From contig CM074515.1 of assembly GCA_037379345.1 (NCBI GenBank), positions 49,543,743 through 49,607,742 on the forward strand: DNA of 64,000 nt, given 5' to 3'. Positions within the stretch are counted from its first letter, which is position 1. Every line of letters starts with the position of its first letter. Below are positions 52,052 through 64,000 of the stretch, in pieces. The notes below the pieces were generated by a model. It was given only the letters and a program-made list of their open reading frames with translations. It ran no database searches and had not been told where the DNA came from. This DNA comes from Perna viridis (taxonomy: Eukaryota). A program made the translations under genes and the position numbers.

Positions 52052-52788
52052 TGAAGATATTCATTTCTATCTCGAGGAAAACAACCGGTTTTGATAGTTA
52101 GAATTTTAATCCATTCTATCTGTTAATTTTTTGTTACGTAATTAGGAAACCATTTAAGGAGAGCTGTTAATGCTTTTAAGTTGTGTTTTCCATTCGAGTA
52201 TAAGTACAAATAGCTATATTTTACTTTTTACACTAGGATTTACGTATAATAAAAAAAAAAATGTTTAGAAATGCATAACAAGAAGGTAAAGAAGAGAGAA
52301 AAAAAAACATTACCTAAATAAAAAAAAAATAATAATGGAAAAAGATGATCACGCTTTGCCAAATGCATGTAATGGCAGATTTATTACGTTGTATATTGAT
52401 AAATGTGATAATTACTAAATTAATAACTCATATTTCTTAAATTTTAATGATTAGTTGATTATTGCAAAAAGTATGCACAAAAACGCGAAACTGTCATCGA
52501 GCAATTCTATCTTCAGTATAAAAGAACCTAAAACATTATGAATCGGAGGTAGAGCCTGGCATTGGTTTCAAGCAACAGCAAACTTGTCTTCCAAATCATG
52601 TATATAATATTGATATTTCTTCTACGGAGTTCGGACAACGGCTTTCTGATATGAATTTGTAAATTTACTATCCATCATGCACAATTGACGTCACAAATTG
52701 AATCATTTAAGCAGTACGTCATTGTTTGAGGTAATAAATCTTTTCAAAGCTCCACGCAGCAACAGACGTTCATTCCTCTCTTACTTAC

Positions 52789-52900
52789 CGCTGCAGACAG
52801 GCCTTCCAAAATTTTCGGTCTTTATTTAAAGGAGAAAACCATGTTATTGTGCAAGTCATAAATATCGAAACTAATCTGTTAAATATTCATGAAAATTAAA
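52789..52900 (-). other. Candidate first exon (upstream end approximate)
   Basis: Consensus donor GCAGCG|GTAAGT immediately downstream of the 52958-53017 motif cluster. Confidence 0.45.
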
Positions 52901-52957
52901 TTGAAACAAATCAATTTCCTTTTCTTAATTAATAAATCGAGATTTATAATTAGGAAA

Positions 52958-53017
52958 TTTGAATTTCCCGCGCCTATGGGCGCCACCATGACCGGTTGAA
53001 CTGTGACGTCAGGAAGT
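52958..53017. promoter_or_regulatory. Promoter motif cluster (CHR+E2F, CRE, ETS)
   Basis: TTTGAA-TTTCCCGCGCC (52958-74), TGACGTCA (53004-11) abutting GGAAGT, and a second TGACGTCA at 52686-93. Confidence 0.6.
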
Positions 53018-54481
53018 CGGTTTGTAAAGTGAAAATGAATTGGTAATTGATTACGATGTCCGAAGAAACTGCAAATTTTGGACTTCTCCCCTATTATTTC
53101 AACCCAAAATAAATAGAAGAAGAGATTGAGGCACAACATGTATAAGCAAATGTCAGTCATCATTGACGAACAACGGGATTTGCAGCCAGATGACTAGTAT
53201 TTGTAAAGAAAATCTTATGGCTACTTCCGAGGAATGTTCCTGTTACTGTTAAAAAAAAAACCAAAAAAAACTTTAAGAACATTTCTCTTTTATCCTTCGT
53301 GCAATCGTGAGCTTGACAAATCAGCGTGGTTTTGTGATTAGATAAACATGATCGTAGAAATATTTACGGAATGTTCTTTGTTTACATATTATTTGCAGTA
53401 TTTGTATCAGTACCAAACCGAGCCAACTGAAGCTATCGGTAAAAATCAATAAAATCTGGCTATGATCTTCCTTTAGATAGGAGAGTTCTGCAAGATGGCT
53501 ATCCACTTATATTTCAAGGATTTCGAACTTTGCACAGCCTTGAGCATTTTATAAAAGCGCATTTTGCATTAAAGGTTATTTATTTTTGTTTACGTGGGTA
53601 TGATTTTTCATAAGAGCCCAACTTAATGCAACGGTGGTCTTTCCCTTTAGATCATACATCGTTTGACAATCGGAATCATTCACTTTTTCCCGACTTTACA
53701 AGATTCTTGCATTTTCAGAGAGGTTTGGCTGGAGAGTCAAGAGTGAATTTCGAACGTCAGACGCTGTCCGGAGCTTGAGTCTTTTCAATAAGAGGTTTGA
53801 AGATATGTATTGCATCACGATTTCGTGCTCAATAAATACGATACTGTCATAAAATTAGTATCTGTCATTATTTCAATGGAAATCAAAATCTAAGTAACTT
53901 TGAAGTTTATTAAATGTGTACTAGACTGTTTCGATGGGACACCTGTTACACAGCTGACCAATTGTATATTTACATAGTATATATAATTATGGATATATGT
54001 AGATATTTCATTATCATTACAATATCTCTGTATGATTGAGGTTTGAAAGGGTCAGAGTTTACGGGGAGGTTGACAAAAAAGGGTTGGTTTGTAGAAGTTT
54101 AGACTGATCTTTTCTCTTATGCTAATTGCGAAAATATTTCGCCCACATTCTTATGTACATACACAATTGTAGCAAATATCAACACAATATGACATCTGTG
54201 ACTTCAGGGGAAGGATCATATAGCTGTGTGGTGTTATTTCATGCTGTATTAAATATCGAATGTTTTCATGCTAATTCTGCAATAAATTGTGTTGTAATTA
54301 AACTATTCATGTATGGTAAGAGTAACTTGACTTTCGAGTTTTCGGTGATGAAGTTATTATATGTACTTTCCCTTCCGTTTAATTAAATAGAAAAAAAATG
54401 TCCTCATTGCCGGCTAAATCCTTCGTCTAAATGCAATGCACCAGTAAGTACACAGTATGTTAGTTTAGGTTTAACAAATAA

Positions 54482-54598
54482 TTTTAACCGGGCGTACCCT
54501 TAACTCTTTCTCAGCTTTTAACCGGGCGTCCTCTTAACTCTACCTCAGCTTACTATAATTTCAACCGGGTGTCCCCTTCGCTCTACCTCAGCTTACTA
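54482..54598. repeat. Short ~35-45-bp tandem repeat, 3 copies
   Basis: TTT(T/C)AACCGGG(C/T)GT..CTT...CTCT...TCAGCTT repeated. Confidence 0.8.
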
Positions 54599-54859
54599 CT
54601 AAAGCACAGCGAATCAAAGACGGAGGAAATTGAGTAGACCTGAAAAGCTTTTATTCAAAATAACTAATTAAGTCGAGTCTAGAAGGATATCAAGAAAGGA
54701 AAAGTTTTTAATATGACTTAATAGTCTTCTGGTTTGGTATATCACGATATATAAAAAATCTATTTGTATTGACAATTAATGTTGTGTCACTTTGCGTCAA
54801 ACACAAAATTATACCAGATTTTATCTATTATTTTTGTCAAAATTTGCAGTATTACAAAT

Positions 54860-55070
54860 TTCAAAAAAGCTGAAGCACTGAGGCTTCGTTCTTTTTATTG
54901 CACATTGTTGAGCGATTTGGCATCCTATTTCGATAGTTTTGGGTTTGAGTACTTCTTGTATACACTTATTTTTTGGATTGAGATCTTCCTATATATTTAG
55001 ATCTAATAATGCTGATGAGAGGTTACTCATTGAAACACGTGTACACATATCGGAATTACATTTGTTTATA
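54860..55070 (+). mobile_element. Penelope-like terminal-repeat remnant with degenerate minimal hammerhead motif
   Basis: CTGATGA-GAGGTTACTCATT-GAAAC-ACGT-GTA (55012-55043): hammerhead core boxes with the palindromic stem III typical of PLE minimal hammerheads. Stems I and II are imperfect. Confidence 0.4.
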
Positions 55071-57090
55071 TATATATATTTGACCATCAGGAGAATATAC
55101 TTATTATGTGTCATATCACATTGAGGCAGGTGGAAAAACAGCATACCCAAGAGATGTAGTGTATATTTTGACCACGATCAGGTCTAGTATTGATACTGAC
55201 AAATTATTAGTACAGCCCAATGAAGAAGTAGGTTCTGTTGTAACAGAGATACATAAAATAGGATGTCATAATTTTATTTCTGAAATACATTTGATAAACT
55301 TAAATAAGAAACAATTGCAGTTTGTTAAAATTTACAGAAAAATTTTCTACAGTCACGTCTTAATTTTAATTTAGAACGACAGTCAATCAAACACATCTTT
55401 CAATATTTCATGCGTCGATTGCATTTTATGTAAATATCATTTTTCAACATGAAAATTTCCAGCAATATGATACGTATACATAAAAATCTTCTTATATAAG
55501 ATTCACATGTATAGAAAACTTGAGATAAATCAGTGTCATTGTCTGTACTTTAAAAATGTAAATTGTCCTTGTAGATAGATAAAAAGTAAATGCATATATA
55601 TTTTTGTCTCATGGGTCCCCCAATCCGTAGAAAAAAATCAGCATTAACTTTTCACTTGCAGCTCTCGATAAATATGACGAGACTGTCATGAGACTATGTA
55701 ATTGATTTATAGGGTGTTAAATCACATTAAAAATGGAATGCAATGACATTTAAAAATCTTAACTTGCAACGAATAATAGTCCGGGTATACGAAATGTAGA
55801 AAGTAGGATTTTGTTGATATCATGGAGATTTTGGACTTAGTCAGCGTTTTAGCTGCTTTCTTTTCTCATTCAATTATTAAAAGGCACAATTTGACTGTAG
55901 TTCAAGTTAAAGGATGGGCTTTGTGTATTTGCTGAACGAGTTCTTATAATAAACTCAAAACGAATCTTATTCAGTTACTTTGAAAATAATGATTAGTAAG
56001 GTTTCAAATTTGAATCGATTATGTTAAACTTGTGTCCTATAGAAACTCCAAAGAAGATATGAAAAACATGAACATTTTATCACACGCATATACGCATATG
56101 AATTTAATAAGAACAATGTTCTTTGGGTTCCTTAAATGTATTTCGTAAACATTTCGATGGAGAGCGGAAAGTGTATCCATTAGATTTACTTTTTAAAGTA
56201 TTTCAAGGAAATTCGTTAGTTTTTTTACTTAACACAGGGATAACATAGTTATTTTGATGCTTAAATTATCAAAAAAAAATATCAAATATTATATTTTATA
56301 GCTGATAAAAATATCTTTTTTCTTTTTAAAAAATAATTAAAAACAAAAGACCGAACGTTTACAAAACTGTATATTTGACCAGGGTTATCCTTCTTACCCT
56401 TAAATACCTCATCCTTTCTTTGTTCTCTTTTGTTCTTTTTTGGTTTTTTGTTTTGTTTTGTTTTGTTTCGTTTTTGTTTTTTTTATTTGAATACATTTAT
56501 GAAGTAAATTTAGAAAAGAAACAAATTAGCTACCTGGACTTATTTTCTTTGAATTTGTTATTTACCACATATTCATAGATATGCTGTCATTTATTGTTTG
56601 AGTCCAAATGCGTAAGTTAATTTTCTATTAATAGTTGGTCACTATCTTTTAAGGTTAGTATTTTTTCGTGATTTTGTTACCTGTCAACCGACGAAAACAT
56701 GTGTCCCTTTAGTAGTGCCATTCTAATTTACTGTAGAAAATGTAGTACACAAATTTAAGGAAAAAAAGTATAAATCTATTTGAAAATTTTGTAATTTTGA
56801 AAAAAAAATATAATTTTATATTTTATTTTCCACGTGCTATTGTAACAGTTACACTATTTAACTATAAAAAGAATATGATAAGAAAAACAATGGGAACCTG
56901 TTATGATATATAAATATGTCCTTGAAAAATAATACAAATTCTAAAGCTCAGATACAGAACATTCTAAAGCTCAGATGCAAAACAGTGGTTTCATTCAGAG
57001 ATTGAATGTCACAAAATGCTATTAAATTATTGCAGAAAAGTGGTGCATAGACATTTCTTCCTTACTTCTCATTCATTGTTTAACTGTGCA

Positions 57091-57091
<1 letters not shown>

Positions 57092-57136
<45 letters not shown>
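57092..57136. repeat. (CA)n microsatellite
   Basis: Pure CA run of ~22 units. Confidence 0.99.
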
Positions 57137-57138
<2 letters not shown>

Positions 57139-58264
57139 ATTCTGGTCTTACTATAAGCATTTACATTTAGAATGAAGTAACAGTTCTATAGTACACACAT
57201 ATCAAGGAAAAGATAAGTTGTATATTTCAGCAGGAAAATGTAAGCACTTCTTGGAACATCATTTTAAATTATTTCGTTTTCAAAAGTTTATGCAAGGATA
57301 TTCAAATACATTTAATCCAAGTTTAAGTTAGGCGTATTTGAAGAATTTAATTTATGCAACAGATGGTCCAGTATAAAATGAGGCTGTTATACTTAACTTG
57401 AAGTACTAGACACAATACATTTGTATAAAACATTATTTATTACAGTTGTTTATCTTAAAAAGTCTAAAACTAGTGCCATTATACGATTGAAACAATATTG
57501 AAAGCTTATTATATAAAAACAAAACTTCAACTTTGCAATCAAGTGAATATTAATTACATTAGTAAGTCAATGTGCAAGCATCAAAATTTATTAAAAACTG
57601 TCTGATATACACCTAAATGCAATTCAAACCAAGATAACTCTGAATTGGGAATGACAAAATACATAAAAACTTATTTATTTGTATTGTAATCAAATGTTTA
57701 AATTCAAAATACATATATGATCTATTCATTATTCACGTATGCATGCATATATTTTGTCTCAATTTCGTAAAATCTTTGCATAATTTATGCTGTTTATATG
57801 GCTGAAACTTTTTAACTAGTTTTTCTCCAAGAATTCAAATAGCATAATAAAGAAGTTTTTAGTGACATATTCAGTTTATATAATTTTAATTTACAAAATG
57901 TGTACTCCCATGTTTCTATAATTTGAATTTTTATAATGAAAGTGTGATGAAAGGAAATTTTGTATTTCTCAAATACTAAATAAAAAGGTGAGACAAAGAC
58001 TTAAGTTTAATTCTATTCATAGAAATACGTAGACTTATGGTGTGTGTTTAAAAGTAATTTGTTTACCTGAGAATTTATGTTGTGCAAGGCCATGATGTCA
58101 AGATTATATATATATATATTTGCGTCAGTTCAAACTAATTGAGGATTGACGAAAGATATTAATTGATTAATTGTACTAATAGAAAATACTGAAAATGACA
58201 TTTATATAAAATCATGCAAAATACCTGCTGGCTTGTTCAGTTTTTTTTTCACGTTGACTTAAAA

Positions 58265-58310
58265 AGAGGCGGACAACACCATGTTTTTCAAAATGGCGGC
58301 TGTGCACTGT
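58265..58310 (+). promoter_or_regulatory. YY1-type motif, possible TSS-proximal element
   Basis: CAAAATGGCGGC at 58289-58300, preceded by GAGGCGGA. Confidence 0.3.
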
Positions 58311-61300
58311 GTGCATATTGGATATCATTTATCACTTATTTTGGGCATGTGTAAACTAAAGTTGTATAGTTGCAAGAGTTTACTTCTGATAACTTCATGC
58401 TTTGTGATTGAGTAATTGATATAATTAACCAGTGTAGAAGATTACTAAAAATATTATTATGATTTATGTCAAAAATAATAATTCATAACCGCGTGTAAAC
58501 AGTGATAAACTTTGATTATGTCATACCGTAACTTAATTGTGGTTTGTGGTAAACCGGTAAATGATAAATGTACTGCAATAATCTATTTGATATCTATATT
58601 TTGCATCATCAATATTTTACCATTTACTACACAGAAAACAGTTTAAGGTAGGAACGTAACTTTACAAAAAAATAAAACATCACTTTAGTTTAACTTCAAA
58701 AGAAATCATATTGCTTTCTTTACTGTCATTTTGTAGTTTTATTTAATCCTATTTGTACGGATTCTCTTTCCATTCTTTTCAATTTCAGCTAATTCTAAAA
58801 TCAATATTGATGTCTAACATTGATTTCGGAATTCCTTCTTTATGTTGATTACATAATCCATAGATTTTAAATTATTCAACCCTGAAATGAGAGGATTATA
58901 TTTAAGGTTTTTCAGATCAAACATTAAATCAATTGTGTACCCAAACTTACGCTAAATCATTTTTTTAACGTCATCTTTATTCAAAGAATTGTAAAATGTC
59001 TTGTTTTCTTATATTTCATCGAATTCTGATACATATTCTTTTACATTTGATATTTATTTTTATATTTGAACTTAATAGTACTTCCATTTTTTCCTTAACA
59101 GTGTTTCATAAACGCAGTGTTATATGACATGTGTGTATATGTACTTAATATTATTGTATCAGTAAATAAATGCACTAATAAATGGAAGTTACTTGAAAAA
59201 AAATTTTTTTTTATATTTGATTTTGTCATCGACTTAAGGACCTTTAATAAAACAATTTAAGTGACAACATTTGTCTAAAAAAAACAGGCATATTATTTAA
59301 AATACTTTTAATTAACAATCTGCCGATCACTATAAATTTGAGTCGCGCCGTCACGTGATTAAACCTCCTAGACTGAATAATAACCTGTAAATTACAGACA
59401 CGATCTTAGAGGGCCTCAATTGGGATTTAATGGAATTCAGATGATTTATCAATTTTTGTATATAAGTTTCATATGAATGAAAAATAAAACATGATAAAGT
59501 TTAATAATTAAAGTTTATTAAACAGTTAAAATATCGAAACTTTATGTATTAAAAAATCACATCATTCATATAAAAGTTTATTAAACTAAAGTGAAATCTA
59601 AGTGGGTACCAGGAATATGTGTATATTATTTTGTATAAAAAGAAGGAAAAATTCTAAAGTAGCTTCATAACCACCCTCCTATATTGTTAAACTTTAATGA
59701 AAACATTGTGGGTTTCATTGAAGACACAATACATTGCATTTTCTGTGTGATATTTATAAAACTGATCAAGACACAGTTTTAAATATTTGACGAAGCCTAG
59801 AAATGCATGATTTAAAAAATGTCGTTCATAGTGTCATATTATGTCCTACTGATATGACTATCTGTCAATATTTTAAGTAAAACTTTGTTTTATTCCTAGT
59901 TATAAGGTAAAGTTTTAAAATTTTACTGAATTGGAGACTTAAATTATCACAGCCTTTGGATGTAGGCAAAAATCTTGTTCATACTGACAGTCTTTCCGTT
60001 TAACATGTGCATTCATTAGAACGTGTGTTTGATGACAACGCCTATAGAACAGTTTATAGGAATAAGTGACATTTTTTTCAGGTATTAGCAAACTAATATT
60101 CCGTTAATTTTGACATGTACATAAAGTTATAACACACGCAATAATTGCACAATTTGACAAGGTATGGATCTGATTTTAAACACGTGATGTTTCACAATGC
60201 AAAGAAACTTAGACAGATATTTATTTTATCTAATGATTAATTACCACCATCAATGCCTTAGCTCGACCGGAAACGCTTCACATTAAGTACAAGTACAACT
60301 TATGTAATGAACAAGTTCTGTTAAGAACCAATGAGAAATTTATATTCTAACCTTGAAAATCTGTAGGTATTTTCACAAAACAATTGAATATGGAACTGTG
60401 CAATCTATACGTTTAACTAAAACAGTAATCAAATCACCAGTAATAAAAAACAATTACATTGATTTTGAACCCTCTGTAGATTACATTTAAAAAGAAATCC
60501 CCCTTTATGAGAATACACATCTTAAGAGTGTACGGTTTTTATAAATTAGAAATATTAAATTTGATATAGACTTTGAATTCTGATTTTTTGTTGACTAGAT
60601 TTGTTTGATAGAATGAACAGTGTAATAAGGAGTAAGTTTAGTTTAAAAAACCTCGTATTATTCACGCTTTCTTTTAGATATTCGTCACAAAAATTGAAAT
60701 CAAGTTATGTGTAGAATTTCTTTTGGGAAAACAATTTCATTTTAAATTAAAGCGTGTTGACAATAAAGTTGAGTGATGTAATACTGAAACAAAGTTGTTT
60801 TCCGTGTAGACTGAAAAATAAATCTTATTAATAAGACATTACTATTAAAGATACATATTTGATTCAAACGCAACAGAGTAACGAAAGAAAAAACAAATTC
60901 TAGCGTTATAAAATCTCTGTACTTCAGTAAGAATTAGATAAATTTTTTAATGTTATTTTTGGATCCATTCTTAAAACGAAACGTAAATTTTTAAGACAAC
61001 AAAAACATGTAGTTGTTTTTGTTTTTTTTTGTTGGTATATAAGTATTTTTCCACTCGACAAGATTTATTGAGCTATTTTGTTTTAATTTCACAAACTGAA
61101 AATATACACGGACAGAAACGATAAATAATCTCAAATTTAATATTCCGAATGATTCCCTAGTATTGACAGTTTAACTTTTTACACTAAAATAAAAAAAATT
61201 TATATGCTGAAATTCAAAGACGAAAATTTTTTAGATATTTGATCAAATACATTTTATATCATTTTGCAAAATTAAAGAATAAAACGCGATTAGACAAATA

Positions 61301-64000
61301 TTCACCAGTACTTATATGTTTTCGATGTTTTAGTTAGACTTCTCCTGTTTTTTTTATGAATTTATCTGACGTGTAAAAAAAATTTAGATATTAATGTCTG
61401 TTATGTATTTCACATTTTCAAAATTTCTTCGAAGACAAAAAAGATAACACATACATCTAAAATGCAAAAAAACAAACAGAAATAATTTCGTTTGATTTTG
61501 ATGTGTAAAATATATCGTCTATTTGGATGCTTTGGATGCTTTGGACGTTTTTGTTGTTTGTTTTTAATTACAATGTATTTTAGCATTATTTACTGTACCT
61601 AAAACAGACTGTGATTTTATTATGCCCTTAATATTGACACACTATTTTGCGTAGAGAATTTTGATTTTTAAAATAAAAAATTCAGCCCATGAAGCAAATA
61701 CACATTTTTAAATTTTCGTTTTGATTTAACGCACTAAGAATTATTTTTTAAAATTAATTTTAATTTTTGATATGTAGCTATATAAACTAACCATAATGTT
61801 TTTATAATAAATATTGGAGTGCATTATATCCATTTGAAAACGTAAATTAATCTTTAGAATACCAAGCGTTTTTTTTTAATGAAGTATTATTTTGGTTTGG
61901 TTCCTAAGTTTTTATCTACTAATAGTAATAAAGTTAATTCTATTTTATAAGTTTACATTAATTATATACAACATTCTAAATAAAAATAACATGAAATAAT
62001 TGATATCCAGTATAAGGATAAACTTAAGCTATAGTTAATCAATTTGGTATCTCCTTATTTTACGAAGTCTTTCTAAGAATAGTTAAACGATTTTAAAATA
62101 CAAACAAATATCAATCGATATATGTTGTAAATTTCGGGGAAAAGTAAGACAATGTGTTTATCATATTTAATTGAACACATGTGTAATAATGTCAAACCCA
62201 GAAAAAACCATATTTTGAAATTATCAGTTTGACTTAAGCAGTCTGATTACTAAAACTGTATTTCACGATTTTATTACTTATCAAAAATTACATATTTTCG
62301 TGAATATTATATTATTAAAATATTTGTTTTTTTTTCGGGATATATCAATTTCGATACCAGAGTTAATATATGAATTATTGAACACCTTGAAAACAGAATC
62401 TTTAATCAATAAATAAAACTGAGTTCATTCAATAGAATTTGTTCAAACAATAACCGAAAATAAGTTAAAAAGGAATAACCCTCGATCAGTAATATTGTAT
62501 GCTTAATCAATAACAAAAGGAAAAACTATAAACAAACAATTACACAAAAAAGAAACAATTGAAAGCAGTGCCGCTGAAAATTTCCTTCAGCTACCTCTGA
62601 CATCTTAGCAATTTAAAAGCCGACCATTCAGTGATATTGTTGCTTTAGAGTAATGCGTCATTAGGGGACCTTGAGGGAAAATCTTTCTAAATAAGCAAAA
62701 TTACTAGATGTATGGCTTAAAATTAATGTTTTCATTTCACAAAGTTATTTGATATATTTAAATTTCAATTTCATTTAAATCACGTGGTATTAAGACAAAA
62801 TCTTGTCCACAATCTGTAGATACGTGTATGAATTTTAATTTGTTTAAAATAGTACGACTTATTTCTATTTAGATTTAAATAAATCGTGGAATGAATCAGA
62901 CTAATGACGTCATCACCTATTGATTAGATTAATTTATGGACTTAACAGCAATTTACTACTTCTACTTTTCTAAATACAAATATAAGTTTTCATGTAGGGT
63001 ATGTTTTCTAATAAAGATATCACTTTAACAACTTTCTAGCATATATATACATGTATTATTTAACTGTCGACCAAAACGTAATTAAAACTTTTTTTGCTGT
63101 TAATTATCTGCAAAAAAATTAAATCATTTACACAATTATAATTTTTTCAATACAAAATTTACGTATGCTTTCTATAAAAGAAAATGATATTTAAAATAGC
63201 TTATCTTGATTCTAAAAAAATGATGTCGGTCTTGAAACTTTATTCAATTATCTTTATTTATCATAATTTTCTGAATATTTTTTTTTCAAATTAACACTGT
63301 TTTTTTACATTAACTACCTAGTATCCTCGACATTATTTCTTTGTATCAATTAGACGATACATCATCATGCACACATGTTGTCGTCATAACTAGCCTAAAA
63401 ATTATGTAGGGGTTATCGCTCGTTGGTTGTGTTTTATCGTTATCAGTGGTTCGTTGAACTAATCTAAGTAATTAAAAAATGTCACTAATATTTCTGGCCA
63501 ACATTATTCATTGTGTTAAGTTACCCTGTTGCACAACACAAACTTTGTACATTTAGTACAGTTAGATTTATTTTCCAGCTAAAACTTTTGTTTTGTTACT
63601 AGGCTTTTCTGAGACCTCAATTGGTGTGTACCAATTCAATTAGACTATGCGTTTTCTCAGCCATAACTTTCGACATTATAATTTATTTGTATGTCTTTGG
63701 TACGGAAGAACATCAATATTAACTGTATTTCTGTTTTATCACTTAAAATAATAATTGTAAATTTAGCTTAAAAAAATTAGGGTTAAAGGTTTAATGCTAA
63801 CCTAACAAAACAATTATATGGCGCTAAAATCATTTCAAGTGAGATTCGCAAAGTGAACTGTTTTTTTTGGTATGTTAGGTATAGTTAAGTTCAAGGTAAA
63901 AATGTCCTATTTCTGTCGTGGTTTAATGACGATTTTTTTCTAATCCAGGCATTAAAGGGCCAGTAGGTTCTGTTAAAGAGGAAACCAGTCTGATTTTCAA

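Noticed and set aside
1-64000. tRNA, rRNA, snoRNA or conserved miRNA genes
   Set aside because: None recognised by eye. A tRNAscan-SE/Infernal/MirMachine run would be needed to exclude them formally.

Overview
AT-rich eukaryotic (invertebrate) genomic DNA, most likely a bivalve mollusc. This is suggested by HINE/Helentron-type repeats, SINE remnants and a mosaic CpG pattern, and the assignment is from recall, not a search. I find no intact, recognisable protein-coding gene, rRNA, tRNA or CRISPR array, and almost all ORFs in the track come from tandem repeats, TE remnants or chance. The window has two halves. (1) 1-~38.0 kb is strongly CpG-depleted and carries several short minus-strand exons with canonical splice sites (38549-~38850, 19571-19643, 12736-12819, 8841-8939, plus weaker candidates). 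Most have stops in all frames and many AUGs, consistent with a long spliced uORF-rich 5' leader or lncRNA transcribed leftwards from a CCAAT/DRE/CHR-like promoter at ~38.9 kb. (2) ~38-64 kb keeps its CpGs and holds a second promoter cluster (~52.0 and ~52.95 kb), a decayed spliced pseudogene-like unit (~48.6-50.7 kb) and many CACGTG/CRE motifs. At least 11 different minisatellite arrays, several TIR/TSD-defined non-autonomous DNA transposons, nested HINEs, a LINE 3' remnant, a SINE and a degenerate Penelope-type hammerhead are scattered throughout. I see no clear new biological system. The best leads are the uORF/frameshift-like layout of the first exon and minisatellites apparently born from transposon sequences.
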